A DNA stretch of 37,830 bases, from NCBI GenBank assembly GCA_011046405.1, contig DSAR01000164.1:1-37830 (forward strand), in the 5' to 3' direction. Shown here piece after piece: positions 25,504 through 33,424 of the stretch. Position 1 is the stretch's first letter, and each line of letters opens with the position of its first letter. Source of the stretch: Chloroflexota bacterium. Its GTDB lineage: Bacteria; Chloroflexota; Anaerolineae; B4-G1. Below the pieces are notes generated by a model. The model had not been told where the DNA came from. It saw nothing but the letters and a program-made list of their open reading frames with translations, and searched no databases. Made by a program: the position numbers and the translations under genes.

Positions 25504-25689
25504 AATTATCCAGCCGTAGATGAATGTGACGATTAAGTCAAGCGCCCTTATTGTAACACCATTAACGCCTGGGAGCGTTAAATTAACGTTACAAAACCCT
25601 TTCTATTACATAGCGAGACGCCCGATGGTTATACATCGGGCGTCAATTTTGGGGTAGCAGGCCGAACCTGCCCAACAGTGATTGGGCTA

Positions 25690-25799
25690 GTATCTTCTCA
25701 ATAAGTTGGGGAGCTGTGGCCGGTCTCCCGACCGAGCCACAGCGGGCACGGTCAGGAGACCGGCCCGAGCGAGTTTGCCCCGGTTTATTGAGATGATAC
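25690..25799 (-). mobile_element. MITE family B, copy 3 (inverted relative to copies 1 and 2)
   Basis: Perfect 9-bp target-site duplication ATTGGGCTA (25681-25689 and 25800-25808). The reverse complement is identical to copy 2 in both arms. Confidence 0.9.
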
Positions 25800-25818
25800 A
25801 TTGGGCTACTACACTTAA

Positions 25819-26808
25819 CTAAACCTGATTGGGCTTAGGGCTCAAAACGTGCGCCAGATAGGCGTGATCAACCACGCGCGTCCGTTGGACCGCCCGTCGC
25901 TTGCGCCACATCCTGGGGATGCCCAGGAGCCCCGCCAACTGCCCGCGCAATCGCGCCCGGGCCGCCTCGCCGCGCCAGGCTCGCAGCGCCTCGCCCGTGA
26001 TCTGCAATTGCGTGCTTAGAATATCCCGCCAGTGGATGCGCCACAGATCCCCCGGATAGTCCTTGAGCAGGAGATAGATGAAGTTGCGTCCATCGTAGAA
26101 ACTGGCCGTCGCCCCGCCGCCGGTGGCGCTCAACTTGTGGTAGACGACGGCGCGCGGCGCGTAGATGCACCGGTAGCCCATCAACTGGGCTCGCCAGGCC
26201 AGATCCACGTCCTCGCAGGAGAAGAAGAAATCCTCGTCCAGCAGGCCCACCCGGTCCAACATCGCGCGCCGGTAGGCCGCACTCCCGCCGCAGGCGCTGA
26301 AGACGTACGACTCTTCGTCGTACTGCCCCCGGTCCTTCTCCCACACGCCTCGATTGCCGGGCACGCCATCCACGCGGTAGAAATCGCCCGCCGTGTGGAA
26401 AGTGTCGCGCCGGTCGAAGAGCAACATCTTGGAGGCGAGCAGCCCTGCCTCCGGGTGGCGCTCGAAGGCGGCGACGACCTCGGCCAGCCAGTGCACGTCG
26501 GCCTCGGTGTCGTTGTTCAGCAGGGCGACGAAGGCGCCTCGCGCCTCGCGTATCCCGGCGTTGCACGCGCCGGCAAAGCCCCGGTTCTCGCCCAGAGGCA
26601 GCACACGCACCCAAGGGTAATCGCGAGCCAGCAGTTCCAGGGAACCATCGGTCGACCCGTTGTCGGCGACGATCACCTCGACGCGGGGGTAGGTCTGGCG
26701 CTGCAGGCTCTCCAGGCAGGTCGGCAGGTGATGCGCCGCGTTCCAATGGGGAATGACGACGCTCACTAGATGTTGCGAGTCGGTAGACGACGATGAAGAT
26801 GACATCAT
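25819..26808 (-). CDS. family 2 glycosyltransferase (rhamnosyltransferase-like)
   Basis: VSVVIPHWNAAHHLPTCLESLQRQTYPRVEVIVADNGSTDGS, then NRGFAGACN and an ED motif. ATG 26808 shares one nucleotide with the rfbD stop (TGATG), indicating translational coupling. Confidence 0.88.
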   Translation of the reverse strand: MMSSSSSSTDSQHLVSVVIPHWNAAHHLPTCLESLQRQTYPRVEVIVADNGSTDGSLELLARDYPWVRVLPLGENRGFAGACNAGIREARGAFVALLNNDTEADVHWLAEVVAAFERHPEAGLLASKMLLFDRRDTFHTAGDFYRVDGVPGNRGVWEKDRGQYDEESYVFSACGGSAAYRRAMLDRVGLLDEDFFFSCEDVDLAWRAQLMGYRCIYAPRAVVYHKLSATGGGATASFYDGRNFIYLLLKDYPGDLWRIHWRDILSTQLQITGEALRAWRGEAARARLRGQLAGLLGIPRMWRKRRAVQRTRVVDHAYLAHVLSPKPNQV

Positions 26809-27644
26809 CAGGCTTCGAGATACGCCTCCAGGGCCGCCTGCCACGGGCGAAATTCGATCCCCAGGGCAGCGGCCGCGGTGTTGGCCAGCGGCGCAAAACG
26901 GGGCGGCGTCGAGGGACGGTCGAAATCAGCCAGCGAGATCGGCTCGACCGGCACGTCCTCACACCCGCCCAAGCGCAACACCTCGCGCACGTAGGCGTAG
27001 CGGGAGCAATGCCCCGCGTTGACCAGGTGATACACCCCATAGGCGCCGGTCTGGATGAGGGCGACGATGGCCTCGGCCAGGTCGAGGGCGTAGGTCGGAT
27101 TGCCGACTTCGTCTGTCACGACGCGCAACTTTCCCCGCTCCCGGGCCAACTGGATGATGCGGTGCGGATTGGAGAAGTTGCGCCCGCCAGGCGCGTAGAG
27201 CCAGGCGGTGCGGGCGATGTAGAAACAATTCAGCAGGTGGCGCGCGAACCACTCCCCAGCCGCCTTCGACCGGGCGTACGGGTTGATGGGGTGGGGCGGA
27301 TCCCACTCGCGGTAGGGCGCTGTCGTCGTGCCGTCGAAGACCTCGTTGGTGCTGACGTGGAGCAGCGCCGCGTCGTTCGCCGCGCAGGCCAGGGCCACGT
27401 TCTGGACGCCCAGCCCGTTGACCCGGTAGGCCCTGTCGGGGTCGCGGGCACAGCCATCGACGTCGGTCCAGGCGGCGGTATTGATGACCACGTCGGGCGC
27501 AAAATCGGCGATGGCTACTGTAATCGCCGCGCGGTCGGTGATGTCTGTTTCCGGCAGGTCGCAACCGGCGCACGTGTGTCCGGTCAACGCAGTGTAAAGC
27601 GCCTGCCCCAACTGTCCCTTGCAACCGGTGATGAAAACACGCAT
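26808..27644 (-). CDS. rfbD: dTDP-4-dehydrorhamnose reductase
   Basis: MRVFITGCKGQLGQAL, INTAAWTDVD, YARSKAAGE: RmlD signatures. GGGAGG with a 4-nt spacer before ATG 27644. Confidence 0.9.
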   Translation of the reverse strand: MRVFITGCKGQLGQALYTALTGHTCAGCDLPETDITDRAAITVAIADFAPDVVINTAAWTDVDGCARDPDRAYRVNGLGVQNVALACAANDAALLHVSTNEVFDGTTTAPYREWDPPHPINPYARSKAAGEWFARHLLNCFYIARTAWLYAPGGRNFSNPHRIIQLARERGKLRVVTDEVGNPTYALDLAEAIVALIQTGAYGVYHLVNAGHCSRYAYVREVLRLGGCEDVPVEPISLADFDRPSTPPRFAPLANTAAAALGIEFRPWQAALEAYLEA

Positions 27645-27704
27645 ATGGCCTCCCAATTACAAATAAAAGCTCGAGCAACTTACTAAATAAAAATTGGTAG
27701 GAAA

Positions 27705-27733
27705 TTGACTATTTCGCTTTACAATGGTATTAT
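27705..27733 (+). promoter_or_regulatory. sigma70-type promoter of the vapBC pair
   Basis: TTGACT (27705-27710), 17-nt spacer, TATTAT (27728-27733), then AAGGAG 27751-27756. Confidence 0.65.
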
Positions 27734-27763
27734 ATAACTAACGATAGATTAAGGAGTAAAGCG

Positions 27764-28000
27764 ATGCAGGCAATCACAGCTAAGGTCAGTACCAAATACC
27801 AGGTAGTCATTCCCAAGGAGATCCGCGAACCTCTGGATATCCAGCCCCACGACGAACTGCTATTTCTGCTGGATGGGGACACCATCGTCATTCGGCCCAA
27901 GCCTGCCAATTTTACCCAGGCGATCCGGGGGCTATACCAAGAACTCTGGCCAGATCCGGACGAATGGCTGGAAAGCGAGCGTTCAGCGTGGGAAAAATAG
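27764..28000 (+). CDS. vapB: AbrB/MazE/SpoVT-family antitoxin (VapB-like)
   Basis: AKVSTKYQVVIPKEIREPLDIQPHDELLFLLDGDTIVIRP is a swapped-hairpin AbrB-type motif. It lies directly upstream of, and overlaps, the PIN gene. Confidence 0.85.
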   Translation: MQAITAKVSTKYQVVIPKEIREPLDIQPHDELLFLLDGDTIVIRPKPANFTQAIRGLYQELWPDPDEWLESERSAWEK

Positions 28001-28446
28001 ATGAACTGCACCAAAAAATATCCGAGCACAGATTGCTCATGCTGGATACGATGGTTTTCTCCTATCATCTATCCAATCACCCTCGCTATGCCCCGCTATC
28101 AGCCACTGTCCTGGAAGCTATTGAATCGGGTGAGACGATGGGCCTGACTAGCACCATCACAATAGCCGAGTTATTGACCGTTCCAGCCCAAAGCGGCCTG
28201 CGGCGAGCCCTCCAAGAATACGAACTTTATCTTACACACTTTCCCAACTTGCGCATCGTGACACTGGACTTAGCCCTGGCACGAGAAGCCGCGCTGGTGC
28301 GAGCCGATACCCGGCTGCGAATGCCGGACGCCATCCAAATCGCTGCCGCGCAATTAGCCAACGCAGATGGCATTGTCACCAACGACAAACGCTGGGTTGG
28401 ACGAATCACACAGCCCACGATAGTTCTCCTGGACGATTACGCCTAA
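27964..28446 (+). CDS. vapC: PIN-domain toxin (VapC-like ribonuclease)
   Basis: LMLDTMVFSY..., ...ITIAELL..., ...MPDAIQIAAA..., ...IVTNDKRW acidic PIN motifs. The start is uncertain: ATG 27964, GTG 27988, or TTG/ATG 28033/28039. Confidence 0.8.
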   Translation: MAGKRAFSVGKIDELHQKISEHRLLMLDTMVFSYHLSNHPRYAPLSATVLEAIESGETMGLTSTITIAELLTVPAQSGLRRALQEYELYLTHFPNLRIVTLDLALAREAALVRADTRLRMPDAIQIAAAQLANADGIVTNDKRWVGRITQPTIVLLDDYA

Positions 28447-28533
28447 CACGAACGAGCCAGAACCAAAAGGAATCTTTGACCGTCAAATTCTTGCTCGCTG
28501 TGCAAGCATTCTATCGGTTAGGGCCTAATCACC

Positions 28534-29352
28534 TCAGACAAATAGATCTCTTTCTATTGATTCCCCCTGCTCGAACGGCGGTCGGGCCCGGAAAAATGTC
28601 TCGGTGGACTGCAAGCGACGCACGAGCCAATCGGGCAACCGCCCCCAGAACGATCCCGGGCCGGAAAGTTGGCTGGAGTGACATGCCGCCGCCCGTTGCT
28701 TGACGTCGTAGTAGTCACTGATGTCGATCTTGCTCGTCACCGGCAGCTCGTGGGCGACCGCTTCCCGGAGGTTGACGTCGTGGTTCTTGCCCACGGCGGT
28801 CGGGTCGACGCCGAAGAGGGGCATCAGGCGGACCATCCAGCGCAAGAGCGCCCGCGAAAAGGCGACGAAATAGAGCTTGCGGGGGCGCTCCGCCTCTGGC
28901 AGCATGTCGAACGCATCGACGGTCGCCCGGTGCATGGCGATATGATCGGGATGACCGTATCCCCCGTAGGGGTCGAAGGTCAGCACGACCTGGGGTTTCA
29001 ACCGGCGCATAAATTCAGCCACCTCCTCCGCCAGCGCCTCCGGGTCCGCCTGTGCCAGCGCCTGGGGATGTTGGTTGGCCGGGGAACCCGCCATGCCGGA
29101 ATCCCGGTAGCTGAGCAGGTGCAGTTCCGTCAATCCCAGGACGGAGACAGCGCAGCGCAATTCCTCCTCCCGCTGGCAGGCCAGGGCCTCGCACGCGCCC
29201 CAATCGTCGATGTCGCTCTCGCCCGATTCGCCCCGGGTCGCGCAGACCAGGTGCACGTTCGCACCCTCGGCGGCGTATTTGGCCAACGTCCCGCCCGGCC
29301 CGAAGCTCTCGTCGTCCGGGTGGGCGAATACGGCTAACAGGGTCTTGGTCAT
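28534..29352 (-). CDS. PIG-L / LmbE-family N-acetylglucosaminyl deacetylase (BshB/MshB-like)
   Basis: LLAVFAHPDDESFGPGGTLAKY and HPDH motifs. ATG 29352 is 5 nt after the upstream stop. Confidence 0.85.
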   Translation of the reverse strand: MTKTLLAVFAHPDDESFGPGGTLAKYAAEGANVHLVCATRGESGESDIDDWGACEALACQREEELRCAVSVLGLTELHLLSYRDSGMAGSPANQHPQALAQADPEALAEEVAEFMRRLKPQVVLTFDPYGGYGHPDHIAMHRATVDAFDMLPEAERPRKLYFVAFSRALLRWMVRLMPLFGVDPTAVGKNHDVNLREAVAHELPVTSKIDISDYYDVKQRAAACHSSQLSGPGSFWGRLPDWLVRRLQSTETFFRARPPFEQGESIERDLFV

Positions 29353-29357
29353 TTCTC

Positions 29358-29879
29358 CTATCTCCAGCCCAGGCGCTCGTCGCAATGCTCGGCGTAGCCA
29401 CAGGCCCGGCAGCGGTGCACCTCGTCGTGATCGCGGGGCGCGTCGCCGGCCGCCAAATCGGCTCGCATGTCGTCCAGCGTGTCCAGTAGCTCCTGTTCCA
29501 ATTGCCGGGTGTAATCCACCTCGAAGGCCCGGTCAGCGTACTTGACGATCCCGTACGGGGGGCGGCGCCCGTAACTTTCCTCTACCAGCAGGCAGTAGAC
29601 TGCCAGTTGCAGTAGATGAGAGCGATAAGGCTGCGCCGGGGCCGGGCTCGATTTGACCTCGACCGGGATCACGTCGGCGCCATCGTCGACCAGGTAGTCT
29701 GGCTTGCCAGTGAGCAGGTACGCCCGCGAGAAGAGCGGTCGCGCCAGGCGTTGCCACGCGCCGGTATCGGCGTAGATCACGCGTCCCTGGGGCAAGCCGC
29801 TGGACGCCCGCCCGCGTCGTGCCAGCCAGAGCATCAGGAGCCCCAGGACCAGCAAGCCGAAGAACCAGCGTCCCATCAT
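29358..29879 (-). CDS. Cas4-like PD-(D/E)XK nuclease, C-terminal half with N-terminal TM helix
   Basis: ATGATG start overlaps the upstream stop (ATGA). TM segment WFFGLLVLGLLMLWLA. GKPDYLV (motif I Asp), IPVEVKSS (ExK), HLLQLAVYCLL (QxxxY), CRACGYAEHC (C-x2-C-x5-C). The ORF-track extension to 30068 is Arg/Gly-rich out-of-frame overlap. Confidence 0.75.
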   Translation of the reverse strand: MMGRWFFGLLVLGLLMLWLARRGRASSGLPQGRVIYADTGAWQRLARPLFSRAYLLTGKPDYLVDDGADVIPVEVKSSPAPAQPYRSHLLQLAVYCLLVEESYGRRPPYGIVKYADRAFEVDYTRQLEQELLDTLDDMRADLAAGDAPRDHDEVHRCRACGYAEHCDERLGWR

Positions 29880-30124
29880 CGCCCCAGGAACCACAACAAC
29901 CCGGCGACGGCCGCCATCAGGAGCAGGCCATACGCCAGCCGCTTCAGCCACAGCGCGCCCCGCACGCCGGCCCCGTGCCGTCGATGGACGGTTTCTCCCG
30001 CCGTCAGCGCCTCTTGGTGGGCCGAGGGCACGCCCTCGACGCTGCCCAACCACCAGGCGTGGGCACAATAGGCGTACTGCCCGATCTCGCTGGCCCGGAT
30101 GACGCGCTCCCCCGACGTGCCCAA
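29876..30124 (-). CDS. Cas4-like nuclease, N-terminal fragment (first Fe-S cysteine) with C-terminal TM helix
   Basis: TTG start 30124, 8 nt after GGGAGG and 1 nt after the upstream stop. RASEIGQYAYCAHAWWL resembles the Cas4/AddB N-terminal Cys motif. TM segment LAYGLLLMAAVAGLLWFL. Confidence 0.6.
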   Translation of the reverse strand: MGTSGERVIRASEIGQYAYCAHAWWLGSVEGVPSAHQEALTAGETVHRRHGAGVRGALWLKRLAYGLLLMAAVAGLLWFLGR

Positions 30125-30125
30125 G

Positions 30126-30797
30126 CTAATCGCCTCCCACGCGGGATTCGAAATCGTTCAGGGCGCGGATCAGCCGGTCCTGTCGCAGGGTGTTGGTCAA
30201 ATCCCCCCGGGTGCGTTCCAGTACACCCCGCAGTTGGTCGACGCGCCGGCGCAAGCCGCCCGTGATCGCGTCGGGGAAATCGAAGGTCATCAGTACGTCG
30301 TAGATCCCGTCCATCACGCCCAGCAGTCGCTCCGCCTCGTCGGTGTCGCCCCGGCGCATCTCGTCCAGGCAACGACGCCGCATCTCACTGGCGGCCTCGC
30401 ACAGGCCATTGAGATAGGCCGGATAGGAAACGGTCAACGCTTCCGGCTCCGGCAGTGGATCGCCCTTGGTCAAAGCGATGGTCGCGTGGGCCTCCACCAG
30501 CTCCTTGAGGGCGTCCTGGGTATAACCGGCGTACAGCAGGTCCGGGTAATCGGCCACCGTCGCGCGCATATCGTCGGCCACGGCGTCGGCCTGGGCCAAT
30601 AGGGCCTGGGCATCGGTCCAATCGTTGCCGGTATCACCGTCAGCGATACCGGCTGTATCGTCGCGATGGCTGGCCCGGATGGCGGTGGCACACAGCCGGA
30701 TCAATTCCCGCGAGCGACGCAGGGCCTCGTCCCGCGCCTGGTTGCGGGCTTCGAAATCGGCCCGGATGCGCTCGGGTATGGCGTCCAGTTTTTCCAT
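30126..30797 (-). CDS. translin-family protein (nucleic-acid binding)
   Basis: ARDEALRRSRELIRLCATAIRASHR...QDALKELVEA...YLNGLCEAASEMRRRCLDEMRRGD..EAERLL..MDGIYDVLMTFDFPDAIT.GLRR follows the translin helix pattern as I recall it. AAGGAG RBS. Confidence 0.6.
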   Translation of the reverse strand: MEKLDAIPERIRADFEARNQARDEALRRSRELIRLCATAIRASHRDDTAGIADGDTGNDWTDAQALLAQADAVADDMRATVADYPDLLYAGYTQDALKELVEAHATIALTKGDPLPEPEALTVSYPAYLNGLCEAASEMRRRCLDEMRRGDTDEAERLLGVMDGIYDVLMTFDFPDAITGGLRRRVDQLRGVLERTRGDLTNTLRQDRLIRALNDFESRVGGD

Positions 30798-30826
30798 AGT
30801 GCTCCTTCTCGCTCAGTTCCCTCAGG

Positions 30827-31153
30827 CTATTCAGGCTTGTCGGGCGGGCGCACGCCGCCGAAGAATTGTTGGGCCAGGTTGGCGCCGGCATCGGGCATCT
30901 TGATCTCGCCGAACTGGGCCTCGTATTTCTCCAGGTTCTCGCCCAGGGCTCGCAACAGCAGTTTGGCGTGCAGAGGCGTGGTCAGGATGCGGGCGTAGAC
31001 TTTGGCCTTGGGGGTGTTGGGCAACACGCGGGCGAAGTCGATGATGATCTCCGAGGAGGAGTGGGTGATCAAGGCCAGGTTGGCGTAGGTGGCGTCCAGG
31101 TCTGGCGGCACCTCGATGTTGATTTGCATCTGACGTGGATTGGGTTTCGTCAT
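30827..31153 (-). CDS. DUF3467 family protein
   Basis: YANLALITHSSSEIIIDFARVLP....AKVYARILTTPLHAKLLLRALGENLEKYEAQFGEI matches my recollection of the DUF3467 consensus. GGAGA RBS. Confidence 0.65.
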   Translation of the reverse strand: MTKPNPRQMQINIEVPPDLDATYANLALITHSSSEIIIDFARVLPNTPKAKVYARILTTPLHAKLLLRALGENLEKYEAQFGEIKMPDAGANLAQQFFGGVRPPDKPE

Positions 31154-31264
31154 TCAAATCTCCTTGTCGCGTTAACAACAACACAGGCTCCTGACCGGGA
31201 GCCGTCAACTCCCTGGTCGTGGAACCTGTGTCGATTTTCTCAATATGTGCTTTCTCAAAATGAT

Positions 31265-31684
31265 CTAGAAGGGGATTTCGTCCTCAGGTTCTGGTGGTGG
31301 TTCATCGGGTATAGGCGGGCCAGAGGCAACCGTCTCGCCGGGTCGCCCCAAGAACTTCACGGCCTGAGCGGTGACCTCGTATGAGGCGCCGGACGAACCA
31401 TCGTTACGCTGGTAAACGCGTGGCCCGCCAGTCTCACGGTCTGGGGTCAACCGTCCCTCGACAAACACCTGGCTTCCCTTCTGCAAGTATTCATTGCAGA
31501 CCTCGGCCAGCCGACGCCACGCCGTGACGCGGAACCAGGTCGTCTCCTCTCCCTGGCTGCCGTCGGTGTTGGTCCATTTCCGGTTGACGGCCATGGAGAA
31601 ATTGGTTACCGGGGTCCCATCCGGGGTATATCTCATCTCCGGATCGCGACCAAGGTTGCCGACAATAATGAGTTTTTGATACAC
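31265..31684 (-). CDS. ssb: single-stranded DNA-binding protein
   Basis: KLIIVGNLGRDPEMRYTPDGTPVTNFSMAVNR...WFRVTAWRRLAE...YLQKGSQVFVEGRL OB-fold motifs and an acidic tail ending DEIPF. Confidence 0.95.
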   Translation of the reverse strand: MYQKLIIVGNLGRDPEMRYTPDGTPVTNFSMAVNRKWTNTDGSQGEETTWFRVTAWRRLAEVCNEYLQKGSQVFVEGRLTPDRETGGPRVYQRNDGSSGASYEVTAQAVKFLGRPGETVASGPPIPDEPPPEPEDEIPF

Positions 31685-31807
31685 AATGCCCTCCTTTTTT
31701 TATCTACTAGACGAAAGCATGACGTTATATTACCCTGAAAACGGGATAAAGTCAAAATTGATTTTCGATGCTGACCGCGCGCACCGAAAAAGCCCGGTGC
31801 GTGCACC

Positions 31808-31838
31808 GAAAAAGCCCCTGTCCGGGGGACAGGGGCTT
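31808..31838 (-). terminator. rho-independent terminator of gdhA (minus strand)
   Basis: On the minus strand, AAGCCCCTGTCC ccc GGACAGGGGCTT is followed by TTTTT (plus-strand A-run 31809-31813). It separates gdhA from ssb. Confidence 0.8.
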
Positions 31839-31865
31839 GGCTTGACATCAATCGAAGCAACCGCG

Positions 31866-31950
31866 GTATCTTCTCAATAACACGGAGATATGTAGGGCGG
31901 AATGGGTGCAAGCCTCCGCCTTACTTGTGCCCCGATTTTTTGAGAAGATA
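31866..31950. mobile_element. MITE family B-related short variant, copy 4
   Basis: Termini GTATCTTCTCAATAA ... TTGAGAAGATA with a different interior. Flanking 9-mers GCAACCGCG / GCAACAGCG match 8 of 9. It sits between the gdhA stop and its terminator. Confidence 0.7.
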
Positions 31951-31963
31951 GCAACAGCGCGCG

Positions 31964-33250
31964 TTAGACCCAACCACGGAGCTTGCAGGCCTCGGCCACG
32001 CGGGCCACGGCCACGATGTAGGCGCCCATCCGGTTGTGGACGTTGTGCTTCTGCGCCGTCTCGTGCACCCCGTGGAAGGCAGCCGTCATCTTCTTATCCA
32101 TACGCTCGTGCACGGTTTCTTCTTCCCAGTAGTAACCATAAGCGTTCTGGACCTGTTCGAAGTAGGAGACGGTCACGCCGCCGGCGTTACACAGGAAGTC
32201 GGGGATGACGTAGATATCGTGTCCGCGGAGATATTCATCCGCCTCTGGGGTCGTGGGGCCATTGGCGGCCTCTGCGAGGACTTTGACCTTGGGATGGATC
32301 CGTTTGACCGTCTCACCTGTGACGACGTTCTCGATAGCGGCGGGGATGAGCACATCTGCCTCTAATCCGATCCAGGCGTCTCCATCTAGAACCTCGTATC
32401 CGGCGTCCATCGCGGCTTCCTTATCGATTGTGCCATAGGCGTCGGTGATAGTCACGAGGAAGTGAGGGTCGATGCCGCCCTTCTTTGTATAGGTGTAGGA
32501 TGCGCGATCCTTGTGGTCCCAGCAGGAGACGCAAACTACCTGACCGCCCAGCATATCGATGTAGCCGATGGCGGCGGATTGCGCGACGTTGCCAAAGCCT
32601 TGAATGGCGGCGGTCGTCGTGCTGGCGTTGATGTCCAGGCGCTTGAGCGCTTCTCGGATGGTCACCACGGTGCCGATGCCCGTCGCTGGCCCTCTGCCGG
32701 CCGACCCACCCAGGGGCAGGGGTTTTCCTGTGATGACGCCGGGGCAGTGATAGCCTTTGATTGCTTCATATTCATCGAGCATCCACGACATAACCTGGGC
32801 ATTGGTAGCGACGTCCGGCGCGGGGATGTCTAGATCTGGCCCCAAGATGCGGCCAACTTGACGGATATAGGCACGGCTCAGACGTTCCTTTTCTCCCTCT
32901 GACATCTCCTTGGGGTTGCAGATGATGCCGCCTTTTCCACCGCCCAATGGCAGATCAGCCACGGCGGTTTTCCACGTCATCCAGGCGGCGAGGGCGCGGA
33001 CGGTATCGACCGTTTCATTGGGATGATAGCGGATGCCGCCTTTCGCTGGCCCACGAGCATCGTTGTATTGAACGCGGTAACCATGATAGACGTTGGTGGA
33101 GCCGTCGTCCATTCGCACGGGGAGCGTGACGTGCAGTTCACGCAGGGGCCAGCGCAGCAGCTCGTGCGTCGCTGAATCCAGGCCCATGATCTCCGCGGCC
33201 TGATCCAACTGCTTCTGTGCGATGGCAAAAGGATTGAGTTCTTCTAGCAT
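31964..33250 (-). CDS. gdhA: glutamate dehydrogenase (Glu/Leu/Phe/Val dehydrogenase family)
   Basis: GPAKGGIRYHP, PLGGGKGG and the GFGNV dinucleotide fold. GGAGG RBS before ATG 33250. Confidence 0.95.
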   Translation of the reverse strand: MLEELNPFAIAQKQLDQAAEIMGLDSATHELLRWPLRELHVTLPVRMDDGSTNVYHGYRVQYNDARGPAKGGIRYHPNETVDTVRALAAWMTWKTAVADLPLGGGKGGIICNPKEMSEGEKERLSRAYIRQVGRILGPDLDIPAPDVATNAQVMSWMLDEYEAIKGYHCPGVITGKPLPLGGSAGRGPATGIGTVVTIREALKRLDINASTTTAAIQGFGNVAQSAAIGYIDMLGGQVVCVSCWDHKDRASYTYTKKGGIDPHFLVTITDAYGTIDKEAAMDAGYEVLDGDAWIGLEADVLIPAAIENVVTGETVKRIHPKVKVLAEAANGPTTPEADEYLRGHDIYVIPDFLCNAGGVTVSYFEQVQNAYGYYWEEETVHERMDKKMTAAFHGVHETAQKHNVHNRMGAYIVAVARVAEACKLRGWV

Positions 33251-33424
33251 TCTGTTCCTCCGTTAAACTAGGATGCTTATAAAAAATCATCAACCGAGCT
33301 TCTGGTTGCGCCAAATCTCGCATAACCAATCTGTCTTAAGTATACATATTCTTTGTCAAACTATCCAGTGACACCCAACACTTCTTGTGTATGACAAATT
33401 TCGACGAAAGCGACGTGTTGCCCG

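Noticed and set aside
25617-25644. Perfect 11-bp stem hairpin GACGCCCGATG gttata CATCGGGCGTC downstream of the GT2 gene, considered as a terminator.
   Set aside because: There is no T-tract on the minus strand, where the upstream gene is transcribed; only AATTTT follows on the plus strand, where no gene ends. It is noted as a structure, but I cannot support a terminator call.
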